DNA of 64,000 nucleotides from assembly GCA_051252135.1 (NCBI GenBank), contig JBPOGH010000005.1, forward strand, positions 32,001-96,000, in the 5' to 3' direction. Below are positions 30,068 to 40,968 of the stretch, one piece after another. The DNA comes from Verrucomicrobiaceae bacterium (lineage in GTDB: Bacteria > Verrucomicrobiota > Verrucomicrobiia > Verrucomicrobiales > Akkermansiaceae). Positions within the stretch are counted from its first letter, which is position 1. Every line of letters starts with the position of its first letter. The notes under the pieces were generated by a model, which was not told the DNA's origin, ran no database searches, and was given only the letters and a program-made list of their open reading frames with translations. The translations under genes and the position numbers were made by a program.

Positions 30068-33000
30068 ATGAAATACACTCTGGGCCTGGACATGGGCGTC
30101 GCGTCACTCGGTTGGGCTGTCATCTCTGAAGATAAACAGTTCATTGACAGCGGGGTACGTATTTTCCCTGCGGGAATTGATAAATTTGGAACAGGCAAAG
30201 ACACCCACCTTAATCAGGAACGTCGCAAAGCTCGGGGCGCCCGTCGGCGTGTCACCCGCAAGGCAAAGCGCCGGATCATGATCCGGGAACTCCTAACACA
30301 GCTGGGCTGGATTCCCTCTGATCCTAATCATCTGCAAGATTGGGAGAACCTCGACATTTACCAACTCCGATCGCGGGCCCTGACCGAAAAAATCACCCTC
30401 CAAGAGTTCGCTCGCATCATCCTTCACCTCAATCAGCGCCGCGGCTTCCTCTCACTACGCAAATCGGAACTTGATGCTGCTGAGGGCGAAGAAAAGAAAA
30501 CGCTCGAGGGCATGAAAGGTGAAATGGAGAGCCTTCAGGCCTCCATCGAATCCACCTTCAACGATCCAAAAGAGCGCACTCTCGGTAATTATCTCCATCA
30601 CCTCCGGCAAAAAAACGGAGGAGCCCACGGCAACCTGATTCGCCTGCGCTCCCGCCACATCCGTCGTGACATGCTCCACCACGAGTTTTCCCTGATTTGG
30701 GAAGAACAAAGTAGACACCACTCCGAACTCACCGACGCTCTCCGCTACGGCTCCCACGGCAAACAAAAGAACCCCACCGTCGTCGTCAAACCTATCCCTC
30801 GCAAAAAAGAGGAAACCATTCTTCAGCAATTCGGACTCGAAAACCTCACCTTCTTCCAGCGCCGCGTCTACTGGCCGACTAGTTCCATCGGTAAATGCGA
30901 ACTCGAAAAAGGCGAACTCCGCGCCCCCATCGCAGACCGCCGTTTCCAGGAATTCCGCATGCTTTCAGAACTAAACAACCTCCGCCTGATTGATAGTTCT
31001 GTTGATGGAAAACCGGCAGAACGAAAATTCACTCCTCCCGAGCGCAAACTTGCACTCGCCTATGTCTCGTCCACCCAAAAACCCACTCTCAAATCCCTAA
31101 AAAGTAAAATCGCCAAACTCCCCGACAGCCCACCACTCAGTCAAATCACCTTCAATCTCGAACAAGGCAAACGCGATAATTTGGGGGGCCTCCAAACCGA
31201 CCTCAAACTCGCTAAAGCCTTCGGTGCTGCAGATTGGGCCAATCTCCCCGAGTCTGACAAAAACCGCATCGTCGAAATTCTCACCATGCCTGAGCCCGGA
31301 GCAACAAAAGTCATCCAGCGCACCGACGACGAAACAAAGGAACTCCTTCTTCAACTCCCAAATCTCACCGAATCTCAAATCGAAAGTCTTCTCCGAGTCG
31401 CTCTCCCCGCCGGCTACTGTGGCCTTTCCATCAAAGCACTTGAAAAACTGCTTCCCCACATCCGCGCTGGATTTAACTACCAGGGAAAAACCGAAGAAGA
31501 CTCCGCTCTCCATCTCGCCGGATATGAGCGCCGTGACGAAACAGCTAACAGACTGTTAGATAAACTCCCTCTGCTCTCGGAACTCACGAACCCAAATTCC
31601 AAAGTACACGACCCAAACTTTCCACACGTCAACAACCCTTTGGTTCTACGGTCCCTCCACGAACTCAGAAAAGTCGTCAATGGCGTCATCTCAAAACACG
31701 GCCCACCTGCTCAAATTCATCTTGAAATGGCTCGCGACCTCAAGATGTCAGCCAAGCAACGCGACGAACATGCCAAAAAGAACAACGATCACAAAAAATC
31801 TCGTGACCAGGCTGCCACAAAACTCGAGGAAAACGGCATCGCACCCACCCGTGATGCCATTCTCCTCTATCGTCTCTGGGAAGAGCAGGAAGGATGCTGC
31901 ATTTACTCGGGAACCCCTATCAGCTTCAAGCAACTCGTGAGCGGAGAAGTGGACATTGATCACATCTATCCCCGCCGCGCAAATGACGACTCTTATATGA
32001 ACAAGGTCGTCTGCTTCGCACAAGAAAACCGTGAAAAAGGCGACCGCCTCCCCATGGATTGGCTCGGAGAAACTTCCGACAAATTCCAAGCACTCACCAA
32101 GCGCGTAGAAATCCTCCCCTACGGAAAACGGAAACGCCTCCTCGCGGAAAAGCTCCCCGATGGATTCGCCGCCCGTGACGCCACTGACACCGCCTACATG
32201 ACCCGTGTCGCCCGCCACTACCTCACCTACCTCGTCGAAAAGGACCACCATGTCTTCTGCACCAAAGGAAAGCACACCGCCTTCCTCCGCAAACAATGGG
32301 GCCTCAATTCTCTCCTCCGTCACGACCTTCTCGACCTCAAAAACCGCGAAGACCACCGCCACCACGCCCTCGACGCAATCGTCATCGCCGCCTGCTCCCC
32401 CTCCCTCCTCCAAAAAATTTCAAAAGAACTCACCTTTGAAAACAAATGGCGGGAAAAAGCCTGCGACGACGGCATAAAACGCCGTATTTACCGCCTCAAA
32501 CCCGTAGCTGACACCATCACCCCGCCTTGGCCGACCTTCGCCCAAGATGCCGAATCCTCCCTCAACTCCATCTGGGTCTCCCACCGCCCAAACCGTAAAG
32601 TCTCCGGCCCCCTCCACGAAGAAACCAATTACGGACCCACCGCAACTCCCGGCGTCCTTGTCCGCCGCAAGAATATCTCCTCCCTCAAAGACACCGAACT
32701 CAAAAAAATACGCGACCCCGAAGTCGCCCGCGCCGTCACCACATACCTCGCCCGCGAAAAACGACTTTACCGCTCCGACATCGGAGGAAAATCCTTCAAA
32801 GATGAACTTGATGCACTCTTCTCAAACCGCGAAAGCCTCGTCCAAAGCGACATCGACCTCATCGACGACAAAAAACTACGCACCACCCTCACAGCAAAGC
32901 TCACGAAGAAGAACCCCCTCCAGGACGCCGACCTCGGAAAAATCACCCTCCCCTCCGGCATCCCCATCAAAAAAGCCCGCCTCCTTATCGCTAACAAGAC

Positions 33001-33436
33001 GGCAATTCCTCTCAGAGCACGCCAACCAAAAGAACTCCTCATCCCCGGCAACACCCACCACCTGGCAATCTTCTCCCTAGGCGACGGCAAATTCCACTTC
33101 GAACCCGTCACTCTCCTTGAAGCAACCCGCAGAAAACGCGCCAAACTACCCATCATCGATAAAACACCACCAAAAGACCAACCCGAAGCAGAATTCCTGA
33201 TGCACCTCTGCTCCGGCGACCTGATCTCCACCGTCGACGGCGACTCCACCAAACTCTTTGTCTTCAGCACCATTGCTGCAACCATCGGCCAAGCTCGCTT
33301 CGTCGAGCACACGGACGCCCGTGACTCAAAAACACGCAAACTCTTCACCGCAGGCCCAGGAAGCTTTGCCAAAAACTTTCCCAATGCCCAAAAGGTCGAA
33401 ATCTGGCCCTCTGGCGAACTTCGCCCTTCATCCTAA
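30068..33436 (+). CDS. cas9: Type II-C Cas9 (1122 aa)
   Basis: RuvC-I LGLDMG, Arg-rich bridge helix, RuvC-II HLEMARD, HNH DIDHIYP..NKV..N, RuvC-III HHALDA; all catalytic motifs appear intact. Confidence 0.97.
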   Translation: MKYTLGLDMGVASLGWAVISEDKQFIDSGVRIFPAGIDKFGTGKDTHLNQERRKARGARRRVTRKAKRRIMIRELLTQLGWIPSDPNHLQDWENLDIYQLRSRALTEKITLQEFARIILHLNQRRGFLSLRKSELDAAEGEEKKTLEGMKGEMESLQASIESTFNDPKERTLGNYLHHLRQKNGGAHGNLIRLRSRHIRRDMLHHEFSLIWEEQSRHHSELTDALRYGSHGKQKNPTVVVKPIPRKKEETILQQFGLENLTFFQRRVYWPTSSIGKCELEKGELRAPIADRRFQEFRMLSELNNLRLIDSSVDGKPAERKFTPPERKLALAYVSSTQKPTLKSLKSKIAKLPDSPPLSQITFNLEQGKRDNLGGLQTDLKLAKAFGAADWANLPESDKNRIVEILTMPEPGATKVIQRTDDETKELLLQLPNLTESQIESLLRVALPAGYCGLSIKALEKLLPHIRAGFNYQGKTEEDSALHLAGYERRDETANRLLDKLPLLSELTNPNSKVHDPNFPHVNNPLVLRSLHELRKVVNGVISKHGPPAQIHLEMARDLKMSAKQRDEHAKKNNDHKKSRDQAATKLEENGIAPTRDAILLYRLWEEQEGCCIYSGTPISFKQLVSGEVDIDHIYPRRANDDSYMNKVVCFAQENREKGDRLPMDWLGETSDKFQALTKRVEILPYGKRKRLLAEKLPDGFAARDATDTAYMTRVARHYLTYLVEKDHHVFCTKGKHTAFLRKQWGLNSLLRHDLLDLKNREDHRHHALDAIVIAACSPSLLQKISKELTFENKWREKACDDGIKRRIYRLKPVADTITPPWPTFAQDAESSLNSIWVSHRPNRKVSGPLHEETNYGPTATPGVLVRRKNISSLKDTELKKIRDPEVARAVTTYLAREKRLYRSDIGGKSFKDELDALFSNRESLVQSDIDLIDDKKLRTTLTAKLTKKNPLQDADLGKITLPSGIPIKKARLLIANKTAIPLRARQPKELLIPGNTHHLAIFSLGDGKFHFEPVTLLEATRRKRAKLPIIDKTPPKDQPEAEFLMHLCSGDLISTVDGDSTKLFVFSTIAATIGQARFVEHTDARDSKTRKLFTAGPGSFAKNFPNAQKVEIWPSGELRPSS

Positions 33437-33625
33437 CGAAAACACGGGAGCCAAATATCCCCCTTGTTCCGTTATATGATCGCTGCTTGGCGTCAAACCG
33501 CACTAGCACGAAATCAGTTCATTAGCCAACGTCCGCGAACCCTCATCTGATCAATGTAAACCTACTCGCAAATCCGTCAGCTCGTGACCTTGAGTAATGA
33601 TTCCTGATATTATATATCTATAATC

Positions 33626-34525
33626 ATGATAAAACACACTTTGGAGATCTCCCAGCGTCCCGCTCGGCTTTCACTAAGGAAAAAGCAACTTGTCATCCAC
33701 CTCGACGATGGAGAAAGAACCTTCGCTTGCGAAGACATCGGCGTCCTTGTCCTTCAAAACTCCGCCATATCACTCTCGTCAGCCCTTCTCAATGCCCTCC
33801 TCGAATCAGGAGCCGTCGTTGTCATTTGCAACGAACGCCACCTCCCCTCCGGACTTATCCTCCCCACCATCACCCATACTGAGCTGGTCCCCCGCCTCAT
33901 GGCCCAACTCGAGACCGGCCAACCCGCCCGGAAACAAGCGTGGAAGGCTATCATCCAAGCCAAAATTATAGCTCAACGAAACGAGATCGCACCTCCGGCC
34001 GCCACCGCCCTCAATCGCCTTGCCCAAACCGTCCGCTCCGGAGATCCTGACAACTACGAAGCCCAGGCCGCACGCATCTATTGGCCCTCAATGTTTCCGG
34101 AACGCTACGCCGCAAATGACAAACGCGACTCCGATAGTGAATCCCTCTTCAACTCCGCCCTCAACTACGGATACGCCATCATCCGCGCCTCTGTCGCCCG
34201 CGCACTCGTCTCCGCAGGACTTCACCCCGCCCTCGGCGTCTTCCACCACCGCCGAAGCAATCCTTTCTGCCTCGCCGATGATCTCATGGAACCCCTCAGG
34301 CCACTCGTCGACCGAGCCGTCAAAAGGATCCTCGCTAAAGCTCATGAACCAAACGACCGCAGGCTCCTCCCCGAGCACCGCCGCGTCCTACTCCAACTCC
34401 TCAATACCACTGTCACATTTTCCCAAACCAAAGGCCCTCTCATGGCCGTCCTACCGCGCTACATCAGTAGCTTTTATCGCCTCCTCGTGCGGGAAAGCGA
34501 CACCCTCGAAGTCCCTACCTACTGA
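33626..34525 (+). CDS. cas1: Cas1 (type II)
   Basis: EAQAARIYW, NSALNYGYAIIR, LGVFHH and FCLADDLMEPLRP motifs. Confidence 0.97.
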   Translation: MIKHTLEISQRPARLSLRKKQLVIHLDDGERTFACEDIGVLVLQNSAISLSSALLNALLESGAVVVICNERHLPSGLILPTITHTELVPRLMAQLETGQPARKQAWKAIIQAKIIAQRNEIAPPAATALNRLAQTVRSGDPDNYEAQAARIYWPSMFPERYAANDKRDSDSESLFNSALNYGYAIIRASVARALVSAGLHPALGVFHHRRSNPFCLADDLMEPLRPLVDRAVKRILAKAHEPNDRRLLPEHRRVLLQLLNTTVTFSQTKGPLMAVLPRYISSFYRLLVRESDTLEVPTY

Positions 34526-34528
34526 GTC

Positions 34529-34858
34529 ATGCACATCTCAGGCTATCGCTGCATGTGGATCATCGTTTTCTTCGACCTCCCCACCGACACAAAAAAGGCC
34601 AAGCGCCAATACACTGACTTTCGGAAAGGTCTCCTCGAAGACGGTTTCGCTATGATGCAGTATTCCGTTTACTATCGCCATTGCGCCAGCAAGGAAAACT
34701 CCACCGTGCACATGGACCGGATCCGAAAGATTGTCCCCCCTGATGGCGAAGTCCGCCTCGTCCAATTCACAGACAAACAGTTCGAACGCATGGAAGTCTT
34801 TCTCGGAAAACGCCGAACCAAGACCGAGGAAGCTCCCGCGCAGCTCGAAATGTTCTAA
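34529..34858 (+). CDS. cas2: Cas2 (type II)
   Basis: MWIIVFFDLPT, FRKGLLEDGF and QYSVY motifs; no csn2 or cas4 present, so subtype II-C. Confidence 0.97.
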   Translation: MHISGYRCMWIIVFFDLPTDTKKAKRQYTDFRKGLLEDGFAMMQYSVYYRHCASKENSTVHMDRIRKIVPPDGEVRLVQFTDKQFERMEVFLGKRRTKTEEAPAQLEMF

Positions 34859-34905
34859 ATAAAAGTCCCGGAACTCGCTCTAAATGAGCGAATCCCGAGA
34901 TATAG

Positions 34906-37900
34906 ATGGTAATTGATCACTGCTTGCAGTCAATCCGCAGCTTCCACGATGGGAACACCTCCGGAGCCAACATGGTAATTGATCACTGCTTGCAGTCAAT
35001 CCGCAGCTACAGGATAACGACCCAGCGCAGCCACCCATGGTAATTGATCACTGCTTGCAGTCAATCCGCAGCTACCCGAGTTTCCCCAGCCCCCCGAGGA
35101 AGATGGTAATTGATCACTGCTTGCAGTCAATCCGCAGCACATCAGACTTGAGCCTCACCTCGCCCTCGATGGTAATTGATCACTGCTTGCAGTCAATCCG
35201 CAGCATGGTGGTGTAGCCACGTGGGTTCATTCCTATGGTAATTGATCACTGCTTGCAGTCAATCCGCAGCGGTAGAACAACAACAACCCCACCAGCAACC
35301 ATGGTAATTGATCACTGCTTGCAGTCAATCCGCAGCGGTCGGAGGATAGGGCAATGCGGGGACGCAATGGTAATTGATCACTGCTTGCAGTCAATCCGCA
35401 GCAACGCGAAGAAGGCGGAGAAGGACAAAATCATGGTAATTGATCACTGCTTGCAGTCAATCCGCAGCTGCGACGATTGAGGCGATTAAAGAGAATCATG
35501 GTAATTGATCACTGCTTGCAGTCAATCCGCAGCTACCACTCATTAAAGGGACTGGTGCCCATTATGGTAATTGATCACTGCTTGCAGTCAATCCGCAGCG
35601 GACCAAAGAAATGGGTTGACGACAAGGCGATGGTAATTGATCACTGCTTGCAGTCAATCCGCAGCTACGGCGGTGCAGATGGTAAACCAGTTCGCATGGT
35701 AATTGATCACTGCTTGCAGTCAATCCGCAGCTACGATGCCACGCCGGAACGATTGCGGGAGATGGTAATTGATCACTGCTTGCAGTCAATCCGCAGCCAA
35801 GTGTTCCTGTTAGGAGTCTTAGGAGGATGGTAATTGATCACTGCTTGCAGTCAATCCGCAGCTACCAGATGATTACGAAGCGGTCCTAACGGATGGTAAT
35901 TGATCACTGCTTGCAGTCAATCCGCAGCAGCCTAACAACCTCCGGTTTTTTCGTGCCCATGGTAATTGATCACTGCTTGCAGTCAATCCGCAGCAACGCC
36001 ACATTCACCGCGTCCGCCTCCTTCATGGTAATTGATCACTGCTTGCAGTCAATCCGCAGCACCCGTGGCAGATTCATCATCACCGCATCATGGTAATTGA
36101 TCACTGCTTGCAGTCAATCCGCAGCAGAGTGTGGGGGTGAATGCGGGGAAGGATGATGGTAATTGATCACTGCTTGCAGTCAATCCGCAGCACGGGAAGG
36201 AGTTGGCTGCGCAGCCTGGTCATGGTAATTGATCACTGCTTGCAGTCAATCCGCAGCTAAGAGCGTAGTCGTCAACCTTGAGGGCGAATGGTAATTGATC
36301 ACTGCTTGCAGTCAATCCGCAGCAATGGATTGGAGACCATCGCGACCGGGTGAATGGTAATTGATCACTGCTTGCAGTCAATCCGCAGCTACTCCATCAT
36401 CACCAAGCGCGATGGCGTATGGTAATTGATCACTGCTTGCAGTCAATCCGCAGCGAATTTCAGGTGATGGGGTTGAATGCCCAAATGGTAATTGATCACT
36501 GCTTGCAGTCAATCCGCAGCTAAGCCTTGCGTAAGCACATACCAATGTGCATGGTAATTGATCACTGCTTGCAGTCAATCCGCAGCCCTACAGTCGGTCA
36601 CGATCGGCGATGTGACATGGTAATTGATCACTGCTTGCAGTCAATCCGCAGCAACCGGCTCGCACCGGCGTCGCTCGGGCTTATGGTAATTGATCACTGC
36701 TTGCAGTCAATCCGCAGCTCCGCGAAAAGATTCGTGGCGGAGTCGCCAATGGTAATTGATCACTGCTTGCAGTCAATCCGCAGCGCAACAACCGCATCAT
36801 CAAAGGCGAAGAAAATGGTAATTGATCACTGCTTGCAGTCAATCCGCAGCGATATCAATGAGATTGTGAACGGGGTGCAGATGGTAATTGATCACTGCTT
36901 GCAGTCAATCCGCAGCGACAGTGAAAGGAGCGAGTCGAATCGTGAAATGGTAATTGATCACTGCTTGCAGTCAATCCGCAGCTCAGAAGCATTGCCAGAC
37001 AAGCCAAGATTGATGGTAATTGATCACTGCTTGCAGTCAATCCGCAGCCATTACTCTGGAATACCGAGAGAGCCGAGTATGGTAATTGATCACTGCTTGC
37101 AGTCAATCCGCAGCGAAGCCACCGAGCTTTCCGCCCTCATCCTCATGGTAATTGATCACTGCTTGCAGTCAATCCGCAGCTGCAACGCTTCAACTGTCCC
37201 ACCCCGCCCTATGGTAATTGATCACTGCTTGCAGTCAATCCGCAGCGCGCGGTGATGAACATGGCCCCATCAAACCATGGTAATTGATCACTGCTTGCAG
37301 TCAATCCGCAGCCAACGCCCCGAGATTCCCCCATGATATCGCATGGTAATTGATCACTGCTTGCAGTCAATCCGCAGCACCCCACTCTCGGGAATAAAAA
37401 GCAGATTCATGGTAATTGATCACTGCTTGCAGTCAATCCGCAGCCACAATGGAAGGATCCCCAATACTCTGCGAATGGTAATTGATCACTGCTTGCAGTC
37501 AATCCGCAGCAATTAACCGACTAAAACTACGACGATGAAAATGGTAATTGATCACTGCTTGCAGTCAATCCGCAGCATGCGAGCACCATCATACTACGAT
37601 GGAAGGATGGTAATTGATCACTGCTTGCAGTCAATCCGCAGCAAGCTCGTCGACCACCTCGTCGGCTTCCTCATGGTAATTGATCACTGCTTGCAGTCAA
37701 TCCGCAGCGACAGCTTCGATTTGGTGACGGATGCAAGCATGGTAATTGATCACTGCTTGCAGTCAATCCGCAGCTGCAACGGAAGAGGCTATGCCGTCGA
37801 GCTGATGGTAATTGATCACTGCTTGCAGTCAATCCGCAGCACGAAGGTGGAGGGGGCGATCTGCGGCGCGATGGTAATTGATCACTGCTTGCAGTCAATC

Positions 37901-37906
37901 CGCAGC
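34906..37906 (-). CRISPR. CRISPR array: 46 repeats of 36 bp and 45 spacers of 29-30 bp
   Basis: Repeat ATGGTAATTGATCACTGCTTGCAGTCAATCCGCAGC on + strand, counted by hand; minus-strand orientation inferred from tracrRNA pairing. Confidence 0.98.
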
Positions 37907-37925
37907 CGAAACCGGTAACCCCGCC

Positions 37926-39197
37926 TCACGGCTGGAAACAAAACGCAAAGTCACTCGTAAACGCCATCTCGCTCACCGGCATCCGTCTCGGCGCACCTCT
38001 CCCCTCCCAGCTCTCCAAAAAGATCACCTCCTTGCGCGCATCGTTGAAACCAATAATCACCGAGGCATGCAGCGGCGACCTCTTCTCTTTCGACGGCAAC
38101 CCCGCCTCAGCCAGCTTCTCAAAAACCACCTCTTCTCCCTCCGCAAAATCCCGTGACACCTCCGTGTGCAACCGGTCCCGCCCCTGATCCCAGCGCCGCC
38201 ACACAATCACCGGCATCCCCGCCTGCACCGATCTCCGCACCTCCCCGTGATCATACTCACGCGATCTCTCCATGCTCAACTGCGCCTCCCGCGCCACCGC
38301 ATCATAAAGCCCCAACATATCGGACCCCGCGGCCGATCCCGTATTCTGAAACTTCCCCGCCACCGCCAGCCAGTCCTCATCCAAATGCAGCCCCAAATAA
38401 CGCGCCACCATCGTCAGCGTGTTCAACCCGCAATACGGCCGATACCCCTGCGGCACCACCTCCACCCCTGGGATCATCACATCACCCCGCTCCGTCTTCA
38501 CCACCTTCGCTTCAAACTCCCTCAATCTCCCCCGCTCCCCAAGCTCCTCCTGCGACCGATCAAGCCAGGTCGACGGCTCGCTCCCTTTCTTCGAAACACT
38601 CACCCGCAACAACCGGTCCGGCGCCGCCAACAAGCGCACCACCACTCCCTCCTTCTTACTCTCATACTCCTTCAACTCCGCCCGCAAATCACGCGACCTC
38701 CCCCGCTTCTCCTTCGACGGCCTCCCGTCGATCTTCAGCAAGCTCGCCTCCAACTCCTTCAACCTCTCCCCATAAAGCTCCGCAAACTCAACCTGCCGAT
38801 CCGCCACCCGCTGCCGCAACACCTCCAAACCCTCCTCACGACTCACCCCCTCCGGCGCGCTCAGATCAAGGTAGCCAAAAAACGACCCCGCATCCGCAAA
38901 AGTAATCTGCAACTCCTCCAGACTCTCCCCCCGATGCAACGCCCGCACCAGCAGCGCATCCAACCCAAACACCTTCGGCCGCGCCATCAGATAGGCCGAC
39001 TTCACATCCGCCACCCCCGCATCCGCCACCCACTCCCCCGGCAATCCCCTCTCCCCGCCCCACACTCCCGCCGCCATCACCTCCTCCGTCAAGTCCACCC
39101 CATTCAACGGACTCTCATTCCGGGCCAACGCCCCTAAAACAGCATTTGGCAACGCCGCCAATCGGGCCGTAAGTAACAAAAAGATTACAAGTTTCAC
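37926..39197 (-). CDS. Secreted C39-like (papain-fold) peptidase domain protein
   Basis: Signal peptide; PQGYRPYCG (Gln/Cys), HASVIIGF and FLESW motifs. Confidence 0.7.
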   Translation of the reverse strand: MKLVIFLLLTARLAALPNAVLGALARNESPLNGVDLTEEVMAAGVWGGERGLPGEWVADAGVADVKSAYLMARPKVFGLDALLVRALHRGESLEELQITFADAGSFFGYLDLSAPEGVSREEGLEVLRQRVADRQVEFAELYGERLKELEASLLKIDGRPSKEKRGRSRDLRAELKEYESKKEGVVVRLLAAPDRLLRVSVSKKGSEPSTWLDRSQEELGERGRLREFEAKVVKTERGDVMIPGVEVVPQGYRPYCGLNTLTMVARYLGLHLDEDWLAVAGKFQNTGSAAGSDMLGLYDAVAREAQLSMERSREYDHGEVRRSVQAGMPVIVWRRWDQGRDRLHTEVSRDFAEGEEVVFEKLAEAGLPSKEKRSPLHASVIIGFNDARKEVIFLESWEGRGAPRRMPVSEMAFTSDFAFCFQP

Positions 39198-39259
39198 TCG
39201 CTACACAAAACACCTGTCCCATTCCTCCGTCAACGTCTACCTCGCCACCCTCCCCAACC

Positions 39260-40498
39260 ATGCCTCCCGTCCTAATCATCGGCGCCGGACTCTCCGGACT
39301 CTCCTGCGCCCTCCACCTTCACAAAAAAAACATCCCCTTCCAAATCCTCGAAGCATCCGACGCCGTAGGCGGACGCGTCCGCACCGATCAAGTCGATGGC
39401 TTCCTCCTCGACCGCGGCTTCCAGGTCTTCCTCGACGCCTACCCCAAGGCCGGCCAACTCCTCGACCTCCCCGCTCTCGACCTCAAACCCTTCGCCCCCG
39501 GAGCCCTCGTCTTCGATGGCTCAAAACTTCACCCCGTCATGGACGTCTTCCGCCGTCCCACTTCCGCCCTCTCCAGCGCCCTCGCCCCCATCGGCACCCT
39601 CGCCGACAAACTCCGTGTCGCCCTCCTCCGCTTCAAACTCCTCAAGGAATCCCAAGCCACCCCCGATCAGACCACCGAATCCTTCCTCCAACACTTCGGA
39701 TTCTCCCCCCGCATCATCGACACCTTCTTCCGCTCCTTCTACGGCGGCATCTTTCTCGAAAACGACCTCCGCACCTCGTCCAAAATGTTCGAGTTCACCT
39801 TCCGCATGTTCACCAAAGGATCCGCCACCCTCCCCGCCCAAGGCATGCAAGCCATCCCCAACCAACTCGCCTCCCAACTCCCCGCCGATTCCATCCGCCT
39901 CAACACCCCCGTCACCTCCATCAGCGAAAAAACCATCACCCTCGCCTCCGGCGAAACCATCACCGCCTCACACATCGTCCTCGCCACCAACTCCCACCAC
40001 GCCGCCCAACTCCTCCCCACCTTCGCCCCCCAGGCTCCCACCTGGCGCTCCGTCACCAATCTTTACTTCGCCACCAACACCCCACCCTTCACCGAACCCA
40101 TCATCGCCCTCAACGGCACCCGCAAAGGACTCATCAACAACATCGCCATCCTCTCAAACATCGCCCCCTCCTACGCCCCCGCAGACCAAGCCCTCCTCTC
40201 CATCTCCCTCCTCGGCCTCCACTCCCGGGAAAACCTTCCCGAACTCATCCAGGAAGAACTCCAAAGCTGGTTCGGCCCCACCGCCCAATCCTACCGACAC
40301 CTCCGCACCGACCTCATCCCCCACGCCCTCCCCGAACAAGCACCCGGTCAAACATCAACCTCTCCCCTCAAAATAAACAACACCTACCTCTGCGGCGACC
40401 ACACCACCACCGCCTCCATCGAAGGCGCCCTCATCTCCGGCCAAAAAACCGCCCAACAAATCATCAAAAATCAACCTGCCGCCCCCGCCCCTTCTTAA
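39260..40498 (+). CDS. FAD-dependent oxidoreductase (amine oxidase/phytoene desaturase-like)
   Basis: IIGAGLSGL, EASDAVGGRVRT, LDRGFQV and CGDH..SIEGALISG motifs. Confidence 0.9.
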   Translation: MPPVLIIGAGLSGLSCALHLHKKNIPFQILEASDAVGGRVRTDQVDGFLLDRGFQVFLDAYPKAGQLLDLPALDLKPFAPGALVFDGSKLHPVMDVFRRPTSALSSALAPIGTLADKLRVALLRFKLLKESQATPDQTTESFLQHFGFSPRIIDTFFRSFYGGIFLENDLRTSSKMFEFTFRMFTKGSATLPAQGMQAIPNQLASQLPADSIRLNTPVTSISEKTITLASGETITASHIVLATNSHHAAQLLPTFAPQAPTWRSVTNLYFATNTPPFTEPIIALNGTRKGLINNIAILSNIAPSYAPADQALLSISLLGLHSRENLPELIQEELQSWFGPTAQSYRHLRTDLIPHALPEQAPGQTSTSPLKINNTYLCGDHTTTASIEGALISGQKTAQQIIKNQPAAPAPS

Positions 40499-40712
40499 TC
40501 TCCTCCCGACTCCGTTCAAACAAACCCCGATGCTTCGTCACCCGCCCACTCACCCGCTTCCGCCACCTCCGGAAACTCGACGTCTTCACCCCACCCCGCA
40601 TCACCTTGATCACCTCCGCCTCCGACAGCCCCGTCTTCTCCTCAATCTCATCAAAAGTCGTCCGATCCTCCCAAGCCATCCGGATCACCCGATCTCTCAA
40701 CTCTTCGTTCAT
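40464..40712 (-). CDS. TIGR03643/DUF2805-family small protein
   Basis: RMAWEDRTTFDEI..GLSEAEVIKVMR..SFRRWRKRV..R.TKH. Confidence 0.85.
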   Translation of the reverse strand: MNEELRDRVIRMAWEDRTTFDEIEEKTGLSEAEVIKVMRGGVKTSSFRRWRKRVSGRVTKHRGLFERSREEIKKGRGRQVDF

Positions 40713-40968
40713 CCCAACCCATCACCCCGTTCCCCAAAAAATCAACCCCATCTCCCTCATCAGCAGTCCCCCTCAACCAAGCTTCTGATTCTTCTGCTCT
40801 TTCTGTGGTGAAATCCGCCAAGCCAAGATTCGCCCCATTCGCAACATTGACTGAAGTCTATCTCCACTGCGTTCCGGTTCGCGTTCCCTCACCCCAACCA
40901 AGCCCCCTCAACCAAGCCCCCCCCAGCCAAGCAATTCCTAATCCCTAATTCAAAATTCCTAATTCAAA

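Noticed and set aside
30068..33436. Nuclease-dead or atypical Cas9
   Set aside because: RuvC and HNH catalytic motifs all appear present
35235..37918. ORFs with repeated MVIDHCLQSIRS
   Set aside because: Translation of the 36-bp CRISPR repeat, kept in frame by the mostly 66-bp period; not proteins
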